This document shows positions 26,638 to 37,497 of a DNA stretch of 48,484 nucleotides, in pieces. The stretch comes from a bacterium (GTDB lineage Bacteria; Zhuqueibacterota; Zhuqueibacteria; Residuimicrobiales; Krinioviventaceae): the NCBI GenBank assembly GCA_963674595.2, contig CAXXFV010000011.1, forward strand, positions 1-48,484, read 5' to 3'. The position numbers and the translations under genes were made by a program. The notes under the pieces are model-generated. The model did not search any database. It saw only the letters and a list, made by a program, of their open reading frames with translations, and was not told where the DNA came from. The stretch's first letter is position 1; each line of letters opens with the position of its first letter.

Positions 26638-28190
26638 TTAAAAATTAATTGTCTCCGGTTCTTCCATTTCTGAAGGGGGGAGGTGCAATACAAATGTTGC
26701 TCCCTTTCCTTCATCTGAATAGACATGAATTGTACCTTTATTTCTTTTAACAGCAGAATGCACAATAGCAAGCCCAATTCCTACACCTTGTCCGGTTTTT
26801 TTTGTTGTGAAAAATGGATCAAAAATTTTGTTTATTAAATAGTTTGGAATTCCATAGCCAGTGTCTGAAAATTCCAATTGAATAAATCCATCAGAATCCA
26901 TTGTCGTCCTTACCTGTAATGTCCCGCCGTCCGGCATTGCATCTTTAGCGTTTAGTATGAGATTTAGGAAAATTTGCTTCATGTCATCCGGGTTGACAAG
27001 ACACTTTTTCACAGGATTAAATTCTTTTTTAAAACAATATCATTAACAAATAATTCCTTTTTTACTAATGTTAATGTTTGATCGAGAATTGGAATAATAT
27101 CAATCTCTGTACGGTCGTTTGTGGATTTTCTGGCAAAATCCAGCAGGTTACTGATAACTCCTTGTGCTCTTTGAATTTCATCCAAAATAATTTTCAGGTG
27201 ATCATCCACCTTGGCATTTTGGGACTTTAGTACTTTTTGTAAAAAATATATCGATGTGCTTATTGTATTTAACGGATTTCGAAGTTCATGGGCAACACCC
27301 GCTGCCAACTCTCCCATAACAGCCAGCTTTTCCGACATGATCAGTTTTTCCTGAACTTCATCAAGTCTGGCACTTTTATACTCTACTTCTTTTTTTAACT
27401 CCAGGGTTTTCTTTTCATAAATTTCAAAAGCTTTTTCCCGCTGTGTAGAGTCTCGAAGTATACAACCTATACCAATAATTCTTTCACCTTGATGAAGGGG
27501 AACAAGTTTAACGTCAACTGTTTTCAGATTGTTAAAATTTTCTTTCAGCTTCCAGCTTGTGCCGGTTACCTCGTTGCCTTCACGAACTCTTTTCAGCATA
27601 TTTTCTATAGTAGCAGCAAAATTACTTTCAAAAAGTTCCGGTAAAAAGACATTATTTTTTTTGATTTGGTCTGTTAAAAAATAATTTTCAGATTTTTTAT
27701 TAAAATGTTCTATGGTTCCATATTCATCCAGGAACAATACAATATCGTCTGTGTTCTCTAATAACTCTTTATAGCGGTCATTAAATTCCAGTTTCTTTTT
27801 GCGGCGTAATGTCGTATCAATTCTGGCTAACAATTCGTCACGATTAAAAGGTTTGGTCAGGTAATCATCTGCACCCAAACGTAATCCGTTTACCCGGTCC
27901 TGACTTTTACTGCGTGCTGTAAGCATTATAATGGGTATGTCCTGAGTAAGCGGATTTGATTTGAATTCCTGGCAAAGATCAAAGCCGTCTTTACTTGCGT
28001 TTAAATTAACATCAAGTAATATAAGCTCGTAATTTTCACGCATGGCTGTTTGCAGGGCAGATCTGGGCGAATTACACCAGTCAACATTAAAATCGTTTTG
28101 TTTTAAAAAATAAGTTACAACAAAAGCCTGGTCTTTACTGTCTTCAACGAGTAATATTTTGGGCTTTTCCTGAACCTGAGTTTCCGGCAT
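26638..28190 (-). CDS. Hybrid histidine kinase REC-PAS-HisKA-HATPase; frameshift near 27010-27030
   Basis: LILLDVNL receiver, AHELRNPL H-box; HATPase (NLILNAKDAM, DTGYGI, FDPFFTTK, GVGIGL) lies in the adjacent frame 26638-27012. Confidence 0.87.
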
Positions 28191-28342
28191 GTAAATGATA
28201 CCTCAATTAAATTCTGTCACTATTTGTAATATTAAAATGCTGCTATTAAAATAATTCGTAAAAATTTTCGAATATAGCGACCTACAAAATTATACATAAT
28301 TTAAAATTAATTGTCAATGATTTAAATGCAATTAATGTATGT

Positions 28343-28373
28343 AAAAAAGGCCCCTGAAAAAGGAGCCTTTTTT
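28343..28373 (-). terminator. Intrinsic terminator after pheT
   Basis: aaaaaaggcccct-gaaaa-aggagcctttttt. Confidence 0.7.
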
Positions 28374-28379
28374 ATAATT

Positions 28380-30172
28380 TTATATTACCTTAACAAGCCG
28401 TAATTCACAATAAGATATTGGAAAGGCCATTCCAAAATTATTTAAAATTTGGGGATGTATTTCTCCCAACCGGGCCCAGGCTCCGTTGTCACCAGACAAT
28501 TCGGCACAGCGCCCCTGACAATAGGAGGGATGTTCAATTGCCTGAAAAGTACCGTCAATTTTTAGCTCATGCAATATGGCATCCAAATACATTCTTATTT
28601 CGGCATACCCTGTTTCCGGACCGATGATGCCGAATGCCAAATGCCGGTATTCATTTGTGCCGGTTTCCATTTCCGGATTAAGGTGTATAACGTTTCCCAG
28701 TTCAAATATTTTTTGAGGAACCGCTTTACGTTTGTTTTTTTGAAAGGTTTCCAAAATTCCGGTCATTAAATGGTTTCGAATGACTTTTTGCTCAATGGTT
28801 TTCGGATTTTCAACAATAACGTGATTGTCATCCGGTTCCATATTTAGTTTGGTAAAACATCGCTCAACAGATTGCAAATGCAAAGACATAATCTCGCTAA
28901 ATCCCAAACCTATCATGGCATCACGAACGATTTGACTAATTTCTTCTTCTGGCCGTGCCTGACCGATTGTTAACGTAGGGATGAGTTTTGGTTCTATATT
29001 GTCATATCCATAACTGATGGCAAGATCTTCAAATATATCAACCTGGTGTCTTATATCTGTTCGAAACGCAGGATAGCTTACTTTATATTCATCCTCACTG
29101 ACCGGTTCTGCATTGAGACGCATTTTTTCAAGATAAGCGACAAACTCGTCTTTTTTAATATCCAGTCCAAGCCAGTTGATGGCATCATTATATTTTATGG
29201 TTATTTCACGAGTACCCAATTGCGGTGAAATCGACGTCTGTTCCGGAAAGTTCATTTTAACGGTTTCAATTTTACCGCCAAGTTCCGTTAGTGCACTTAC
29301 CAATGTGTTCATGGAATTTGTAACAGCGTCTTTACTTAATCCCGTAACATCTATAAATAACCGTGTAGAGCCGATTTTACATTTGGTTTCGTTGCTGTTG
29401 ATAATCGGCGGCATGGAAAGCACTAATCATTTGAATCCATCAGGATTGGATATTTTTTATAGGATGTCATTAAATGCGCATAGGCTTTACCTTTTGGATG
29501 TTCTTCCAAAATTTGCCGTGGCGTCATTTGTACATTAACCATTCCCAAAGGACAAAATTTAAATTTATCCGGATCGACAACTGAAAAACGGATTGGGGGT
29601 TTGATAACGGCCATATCATAAACGCCGATTGACGCCAGTTTACGGTCCCCTGCCGATTCCCCAATGTAAGTTTTCCTGAAGCCGCATAATTTCGCGCAGA
29701 CTGCTTTGGTCCAGTGCCGGCATTGTTACAATGGCGCATTGAATATAAGGCCTGTAGGTATCCGGTTCAAAAACAACAGGATCAACATTGACCTCCACGT
29801 AACCGTTACTGATTTCCAGTTCGGATAAACCTTTTTCAATACCCAGATAGCCTTTAAGCGCACGTGATAAACCGCCCGGGTCAAACAAATCCGGTCTGTC
29901 TGCCAAAAGATCAATCCTGATCACCCGGTCAGTGGCAAACTGTTCAAAAGGTGTTTCCGATTCATGTCCGCAAAAGTCGCAGCGTTTTGGTGCATCTTCA
30001 TGCTCCAGCTTATCATTAGGCGTTTCACAAACCGACATTTGTATAATGAAAGATTGGCTGTATCTTCAACATCACACCCTAGCTGTTTCAGGGTTGAAAC
30101 AAGGGTATCCATTTTATATTCTTTTGCCAGTAAATTATTTAACTGGGCAACACTTATCGCAACTATTGGCAA
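28380..30172 (-). CDS. pheT: Phenylalanine--tRNA ligase beta subunit, archaeal/eukaryotic (short) type; several indels
   Basis: [79 protein letters not shown]; about 600 aa with no B2 OB-fold or B8 domain. Confidence 0.9.
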
Positions 30173-31706
30173 AGTGGCACCTCCTTAATACGATCAAGAT
30201 CACTCCAGTAGAGTTCACGAATATCATTAATACCATAACGCAGCATGGCAAGTCTGTCCAAACCCAGGCCCCAGGCCAAAACAGGAACATTGCAGCCCAT
30301 TGGTCTGGTAACTTCCGGGCGATAAATACCGAACCGCCCAATTCAATCCAGTTTTGTTTGCTTTCCATAAATACAGTAATTTCAGCGCTGGGTTCGGTAT
30401 ATGGAAAAAAGTCGGGTTTAAAACGTACCTTGTCAAATCCCATTTTACGGTAAAACTCTTTTATGGTTCCGAGCAGTGTGGCTAAATTGGCTTTTTCATC
30501 AATTATAATACCATCAACCTGAAAAAATTCCGGTAAATGTTTATAACTGATGGCTTCATTTCTATAAACCTTGCCGACACAAAATACTTTTCTCGGGGGA
30601 TTGGGATTTTGGGACAGGAGCACGAATGGTTGAAGCTGTGGTGTGAGTTCGAAGCACTGTTTGTCGTGATCTTTTGAACATCCCATTTATAGCCCCCAGC
30701 CTGTTGAACCGGTTTCCCAGCCGTCTTCATGGGTTTGTTTTACATGTTCAACAATTTTGTCATCCGGCAGTTTTGCAGAATTAGGGACGTTGAAGGTAAA
30801 ACGTATCCTGCATATCTCTTGCCGGGTGGTCCTGTGGTTGAAACAATGCATCAAAATCCCCAAAAAGCAGACTCTACCTGCGGGGAAACGATTTCCGTAA
30901 ATCCCATTTCCAAAAACGCACGGCGTGTCTTGCTGAATTATTTTCTGCATAGGATGAATTTTTGCCGGCCGCTATTTTTTCTGAAGCAAAGCGTTACATC
31001 ATATTGTCTGAGAGTAACGTTCTTCCATTCACCGCTGGTTATGTCATCTGAACTGAGTATGTTACGTTCCTTGACGATTTTTATCGAATCGCCGGATATA
31101 ATATTTTTCCCTTCATCAGTCAATTGGGCATAACGAATGGTACGTTGTTTGACCTTGGCAACATTATTTACGATTGGCAAGATACTTTTGTACTTTATCT
31201 ATGTCAATTCCCTGGGAAACGAGTTCGTCCAAATAAAAAGCACCAGCAGTTAATGCATGTTCAAGCGCTTTTTCCGTCATCATCTTTTTGAGAAATGGCG
31301 TTGCTGCCTGTTTCTGTTAAAACAAGTTCACCTTTGGTCTTTTTCAAACCAGCCGCGCATGGTGCCCCATTTAATAACTTCATGGACCGGAATATCCAGT
31401 TCTTTGGCTTTTTCAGCCAGGTCTTTCATGGCAATTCGGCCATCAGTTTTTAAAATGGCCAATGCCTGACGTTCGGGTAGTCCGTTAGTTAGAATTTTTT
31501 CCAACTCTTCAGACGGTATCAGTTCCGCTTTCGGCTGTTCTTCTATAGATACCCAGTTTTGCTCTTGACCGTATTGAAGTGTTGCAGAAGTTTTAGGATG
31601 GTCAACCTGCGCTTTGGCGGCAATATCTTGAACAGAAAGTGAAGTATTTACATTCTGTAATACTTTGAAAACGTTCCACTGATCTTCGAGTAGGTGTTAT
31701 TTTCAT
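30163..31706 (-). CDS. pheS: Phenylalanine--tRNA ligase alpha subunit, archaeal/eukaryotic (long) type; several indels
   Basis: N-terminal extension with GLPERQ; [60 protein letters not shown]; stop codon overlaps the pheT start. Confidence 0.9.
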
Positions 31707-31997
31707 TTAATCTCTCTTGTCTTATTTATCTGAATTCTATTTTTTACTGAGAAAATATCGTTTAACATATTGATTTTTAACCAAAAATTCAAGTTTTTTA
31801 TCACTTCAATATGGTTTTGAATAATAAAAAATGATCGTTTTTTCAAACTTTTGTGGGAATTAATAATTTGCTTTTTAGTATTAAAAATAACGATATTATT
31901 TTTCACTTGAAAATATTTTTTGCTTAAAAATATTAACTGTTGAATATACAGGGCCGGTTAATATTTTTCTCTTACCAAGTTTTTCTGATTCTTGGAA

Positions 31998-32800
31998 ATG
32001 AAAAAAATGACCCACATCACTGAAACAAAGTGTTACTGCTTCGATGGATGCAGATGATATTGGAATTATTTCCTTTCTTACCCTTATATTTTGCAGGATG
32101 TTTGGGAGATTGGTTCTTACCCGGAAATAATTATTCAACTGATTAAAAAACATACATCAGCAAGTCCAAACCTCAAAGTTCTTGATTTGGGATGCGGTAA
32201 AGGACCCGTTTCAGTTAATATTGCAAAGGAATTCGGTTGTCAGTGTTACGGAATTGAGCGGGATTACAGATTTCGTTAAAGAGGCAAAGCATAAAGCAAA
32301 AGAGTTTGGTGTAGATAAATTCTGCCAATTTGAGTTTGCAGATGTCAGGACAAAAATTTCAACATTAAATAGCTATGATATTATTGTTCTTGGGTCCATA
32401 GGTCCGGTATTTGGTGATTATTTTACCATGTTAACAATCCTTGAAAAGCATCTTTTACCGAATGGAATTATTATCATTGATGATGGTTACATTGAGGATA
32501 GTGCCTCCTTTTTTCATTCTGTTGTACAAAAGAAATCTGATATTTTAAAACAAATAAGTCAAGCCGGTATGCATCTGATAGATGAGACCATTTCTCAATC
32601 CGAAAAAAATTCAAAGAAACAAATTGAGTTTATTTTTCAAAATTAGAAAAAAGATGCCTGGAATTGATTGAAACAAATCCGACTCAAATGCATCTATTTA
32701 AAAATTATATTGCAAAAACAAATAAATGAAAACAAGGCTCTTGAAGAACAAATCAAATGTTCGACAATGGTAATTGCAAACTGTCTTGAATTTTTTTTTA
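31998..32800 (+). CDS. Class I SAM-dependent methyltransferase; indels, ends approximate
   Basis: PYILQDVWEIGS...VLDLGCGKG...FEFADV...YDIIVLGSIG...GIIIIDDGY across fragments 32091-32279 and 32182-32646. Confidence 0.75.
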
Positions 32801-32844
32801 ACGGAAAAATTTAACTATTTTGACCAGTTGGAGGTTTTTAATTA

Positions 32845-33881
32845 ATGCAAGCTTTTCCCGAAAAAATTGAAAATGTAACTGTCCTTGAGGAATTACTTTC
32901 CCGCCCGGAACCCGATGTTGTTGAAATGATGAAAAAATCTTGATGGGGATTTTATTTTCCTCGGTGTAGGTGGCAAAATCGGCCCGTCTCTGGCGCAAAT
33001 GGCGAAACGTGCCTGTGAACAAGCAGGCGTCTCAAAAAAGATTTATGGTGTTTCTTTATTCGTTTCTGAAGAGGAACGGCAAGCTGTTGAAGCTAAAGGT
33101 ATGAAACGATTCATGGAGATTTGCTGGATACATCTTTTCTGGCAAGCCTGCCGGAAGCAAAAATGTTGTTTACATGGCTGGAATGAAGTTCGGTTCTACT
33201 GAAAATATCGGCTTGACCTGGGCTATTAACACATACTTGCCGGGTTTGGTAGCTGAAAGATTTAAAAACTCACGTATTGTTGCCTATTCAACCGGCTGTG
33301 TTTATCCGTTGGTTGATATTAAAACAGGAGGTTGTACCGAGCAGGACCCGCCGGTTGCCTATGGCGAATATGCCCAATCCAGTCTCGGTCGTGAGAGAAT
33401 GTTCCAGTTCGGCAGTCAAAAATATAACACGCCGGTTACAATTATCCGCTTAAATTACGCCATTGATATGCGTTACGGCGTTCTCAGTGATATTGCACTC
33501 AAAGTAAAAAATAATCAACCCGTCGATTTGGAAATGGGCCATGTAAACGTAATTTGGCAGGGCGATGCCAACCACGTTGTGTTACGTGCTTTTGATATCG
33601 CTGCATCTCCGGCAAAAATCCTCAATATCACCGGTCCGGAAATTTTATCCGTTCGCCGGCTGGTTGAAGAATTTGCCGTGCTATTTAATACAGAGCCCAT
33701 ATTTACCGGCAAGGAAGCAGATTCGGCCCTGCTTTCAAATTCATCAGAAGCGCACAGGCTGTTTGGTTATCCGCAAGTAACCAGTAAACAATTAGTTGAA
33801 TGGCTGGCTGACTGGATTAATAATAACCGAACAATGCTCGGTAAACCCACTCATTTTGAAGTAAGAGACGGTAAATATTAA
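32845..33881 (+). CDS. NAD-dependent epimerase/dehydratase family protein; indels
   Basis: LEELLSRP, FLGVGGKIGPSLAQMAKRA, MAGMKFG, YSTGCVY, EYAQSSLGRE, IRLNYAIDMRYGVL, KPTHFEVRDGKY. Confidence 0.82.
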
Positions 33882-33892
33882 CTGGAGGATTT

Positions 33893-34657
33893 ATGGATTC
33901 CATGCAAAAAGACAATCTTAAAGTAGAAATTTATGATACAGATACGGAAATGGGTCAGGCTGCCGCTGTATTTGCTGCTTCAAAACTGATTAAGGCCATT
34001 AAAGAAAACGGCAAGGCCAACCTTATTCTGGCCACCGGCGCTTCTCAGTTTAAATTTTACAGGCTTTTAAAGAAAATAAAGAATTGACTGGTCCAAAGTA
34101 ACGGTTTTTCATTTGGATGAATACAAAGGTATGTCCATTGAACATCCGGCCAGTTTTCGAAAATATTTAAAAGAACGAATTTTGGATGATGTTAAACCGG
34201 CAAAGGTATATTATCTGGAAGGTGATTCCGACGATATTGAAAAGACAGTTGAGGAATATCAGGAATTACTGAAAACACATCCGGTTGATGTTGCCTGTAT
34301 CGGTATTGGTGAAAACGGACACATTGCATTTAATGATCCGCCTGTTGCAGATTTTAATGATCCGAAACTTGTCAAGGTAGTGGAACTGGACGAAGCGTGC
34401 CGTAAACAACAGCTTGGTGAAGGCTGGTTTCCTACATTTGATGATGTGCCGACTCATGCGTTAAGCTTAACAATCACGGCTATTATGAATTGCACAAACA
34501 ATCAGTTGCGTTGTTCCTGACGAACGTAAATCCGAAGGCTGTTTACAATACGATATACAGTCCGATTGAGACCAGTTGTCCGGCAACGATTTTAAGAAAA
34601 CACCCGGATACGGTTTTGTTTCTGGATAAATTTTCCGCAAGTAAAATTGAACTATAA
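33893..34657 (+). CDS. nagB: Glucosamine-6-phosphate deaminase/isomerase family; indels
   Basis: ILATGASQ, FHLDEY, HPASFRKYL, GIGENGHIAFNDP, CRKQQLGEGWF, VPTHALSLT, CPATILRKH. Confidence 0.8.
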
Positions 34658-34754
34658 AAATAGTTCGGATTTTTAAAATATAACATGGCATTTTTTTTAT
34701 TTATTATAATAAGAAAAATGCCTTTTTTATTTGCAAAACGAGAGAGGACTAAAT

Positions 34755-35827
34755 ATGCCGGTTTATTCAAATTCAGACAAGCAAAAGCTGCAGCCTGCAA
34801 CTTTGTTGTGGGAGCTTTACCAGCCTGATAAAGCTCCTCATGCCTTTTACAGCAACAGATATTTCTCAAGCCATTGAATGGCAGAAAAATACAAGAAAAA
34901 AGACTGGCAAGAAACAATCGGACTTGCCAAACTAGCCTCTTCGCCGTTAAATCCCCGAATCGTTGAACAGGCAGAAAAACCGGATTATATTCGTCAGAAA
35001 TTGCTTATCGAAACCGGACCTTATACACTCATGCCGGTTTATATGTTACTGCCAAAGAATGTGCCACAACCTTTGCCGGTAATTATGGCTTTTCATGGGC
35101 ATGGATATGGGGTTAAAGACATTGTAGGACTCTGGGAAGAGGGCCAGGAACGCGACACACCCGAAGGATATCAAAGTGATTTTGCAGTTGCTCTCTGTTG
35201 AGCCGGGTTTGCTGTTGCTGCCCCGGAAATTTCATGCTTTGGTGAAAGACAAACCGACTTTTCCTATATAAATGAAAAGATCGGTCAATCTGTTCCATCT
35301 ACCTGTACACATTCAGCAATGCTGGCTTTTCATCTTGGTATTTCTGTTGCCGGGCTCCGGGTTCATGACGGATTACGGCTTGTTGATTATCTTGAAACCA
35401 GAGAGGATTTGGATACAACCCGTTTGGGAACAATGGTATTTCAGGGGGAGGGATGCATACTTTTTTCTCAACCTGCCTTGATGAACGGATTCGTGCTTGT
35501 GCCATCAGCGGTTATTTTTCAACTTTTCGCAACAGCATTCTTGCCATGTCGCATTGTGCCTGTAATTTTGTACCCGGATTAGCAGAGTTTGGGGAAATGT
35601 ATGATTTAGCCTGTTTAATTGCTCCGCGCCCCGTATTTATCGAATCCGGCAATTATGATCCTATCTTTCGGTCCAGGCCGTTAAATCAAGTGTCGAAAAA
35701 TTACGCAGCAGATACAATGTTTTTAATGCCGGGGATAAGGTTTTTAATGATATTTTCGAGGGCAAACACCGTATTAATGGTCATAAGGCATACGCCTTTT
35801 TTTAATCGTATTTTCAACAATAGTTAA
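34755..35827 (+). CDS. Alpha/beta hydrolase (dienelactone hydrolase / Abhydrolase_7-like); indels
   Basis: PVYMLLP, AFHGHG, FGER, VDYLETREDLDTTRLG, restored GISGGG nucleophile elbow, DERIRACAISGY, HCACNFVPGL, LIAPRP. Confidence 0.78.
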
Positions 35828-35863
35828 TTGCTAAATATCAACCGTTTTAAGCAAAATATTTCT

Positions 35864-36814
35864 TTATGCTTTGGTAAAATATCTATAGCCAATATAATCA
35901 CATTTTTTACACAAACCGATTCTTTTCGGCTTTGTCAGTTTGTTGCGAAATTTTTCATATTTTTTATTTTTCCAAACAGACATGACAGATTCTTCTTTAA
36001 CATCTCCCATAATTTCCGCAAAACTCCAGTCTTGGCAGCATAAAACCGCCTTGCCGTTATAGGCAATGTACATACAAATAAAAGGTCGCTCACAAAATAG
36101 CTCAAGCGGTTCGGTCAGTGGTGCGTTTAGATTGTTGTTATTATTCCCGGCCCTGTTGGTTAATTTTTCTTTATAATTATAATCGATAATTTTTATGCCG
36201 CTTTTGGCCTTTTCCGACAGCTTTGCAGGATCAAACCGTTTTATGTTTTTACCAACCGGATAATTATTCAAAATTAATTGATCGGTAAATTGCATGATAT
36301 CGTTAATAAAGGGTTCATCAAGCAACTCGCCATTTGAAAGTATACGAATAACAGCATTTGGCAATTTCTTTTTGGTATAAGCTAAAAGGTCTAATAATCT
36401 TTTATCCAGGGTCGGTTCATTCATCAGGAATGGTTCAATCACACCTGAATAATTCAGTTCTGCCAGTTCATCAATGATTTTTTCATAAAGCCGGGTTGGC
36501 ATCAGTTCTCCGTTTTTTGCCCCGCCATAATTCATCTGTTTTGGTTTATTGGCCGGACAAAATGGACAGGAGTAGTTACATCCTGTGATTGTTTGAATTT
36601 GAATATTTTGGAAAAGTTCTTTTTCCGGATCAAAGTTTTTATATTTTTGAGCAAGTGATTTTGAATATAAACTAATAACAGGTGTGGCTTTTTCAATCGA
36701 TTGACATGGCAAAACCCATCTTGAAACAGTTACTTTAAGAATATGGTTTATAATCCATGATAGATTGTTTTTTCGTGCTTTAAGGTAAAATCTCGCTACT
36801 CTGTTCCTTGTCAT
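35864..36814 (-). CDS. Radical SAM protein with SPASM/Twitch domain
   Basis: CNYSCPFC, NEPTLD, SNG, NRAG, CERPF...GKAVLCCQD...GDV...CKKC. Confidence 0.88.
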   Translation of the reverse strand: MTRNRVARFYLKARKNNLSWIINHILKVTVSRWVLPCQSIEKATPVISLYSKSLAQKYKNFDPEKELFQNIQIQTITGCNYSCPFCPANKPKQMNYGGAKNGELMPTRLYEKIIDELAELNYSGVIEPFLMNEPTLDKRLLDLLAYTKKKLPNAVIRILSNGELLDEPFINDIMQFTDQLILNNYPVGKNIKRFDPAKLSEKAKSGIKIIDYNYKEKLTNRAGNNNNNLNAPLTEPLELFCERPFICMYIAYNGKAVLCCQDWSFAEIMGDVKEESVMSVWKNKKYEKFRNKLTKPKRIGLCKKCDYIGYRYFTKA

Positions 36815-37313
36815 TTTTGAGCTCCGAAAATTGTAGAGTAAAAATCCTTTTTATTAATCATGTCCGTCGTAAATCTATTATAATTAATAAAACACCTGGA
36901 CATAATGATGTATTATATCATATTAAAAAAATGAACAAACATTCATTAATATAAAAACGTCCTGGCATTTTTACCTAAACGAACAACTTTTCAAAATTGT
37001 TTTAGATAAATATTAACCTTATAAAAGATAGAATTATCTTTAAAAGGTTATCTATCCATCGCCCCAAAAAAAGTGATATTGGGATAATTATCCTGGCAGT
37101 TTATTCAGACATGTTTACGTACGGTTTTCTGTAAATATATACATGTCATAATTGGTCACACTATCCGGAATTTTTAATAAAAATTACAAAAGGACAGTGC
37201 TGCCAACAATCAGCGAGTTAATCTGTAAACTTTGATATAAACGTTTCTGTAATTCTTGTTTTTCGACGGTAGTAATTAACACGTTGATATTACAAAAGTT
37301 TATTTAATATAAT

Positions 37314-37331
37314 GACCGCCAGAGGCTGGTC
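37314..37331 (-). promoter_or_regulatory. ops/JUMPStart-like hairpin element in a long 5' leader
   Basis: Minus strand GACCAGCCTCTGGCGGTC resembles JUMPStart AGCCnnnGGCGGT; lies about 30-50 nt after the predicted TSS. Confidence 0.4.
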
Positions 37332-37369
37332 TCTTCCCTAAAGTTGAAAATTGTGATAAATCCGAATAA

Positions 37370-37398
37370 ATTATACAAAAAATTACAATTTTATGCAA
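37370..37398 (-). promoter_or_regulatory. sigma70 promoter facing the radical SAM gene
   Basis: TTGCAT-N17-TATAAT. Confidence 0.6.
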
Positions 37399-37440
37399 GG
37401 TATTTTACAAATTTTAAATTGGCTGTTTTAATATATATAA

Positions 37441-37471
37441 AAAAAACCGGTGTTTGGAAACACCGGTTTTT
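37441..37471 (-). terminator. Intrinsic terminator after the Tat oxidoreductase
   Basis: Perfect inverted repeat aaaaaccggtgttt-gg-aaacaccggttttt. Confidence 0.85.
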
Positions 37472-37497
37472 ATTTTTTTGTTGTTATAATTCAAATT

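Noticed and set aside
31703-32153. Minus-strand ORFs 31703-31906 and 31896-32153, and a pheM-like attenuator peptide
   Set aside because: These are low-complexity AT-rich translations, one antisense to the methyltransferase; I saw no Phe-rich leader with an attenuator.
28380-35827. Pseudogene island or programmed frameshifting
   Set aside because: The breaks are scattered one-base indels that include essential PheRS genes with intact catalytic motifs; sequencing error is more parsimonious.
35864-37340. RiPP biosynthetic cluster around the SPASM enzyme
   Set aside because: No convincing precursor ORF with an RBS, and no RRE/PqqD domain, peptidase or exporter adjacent.
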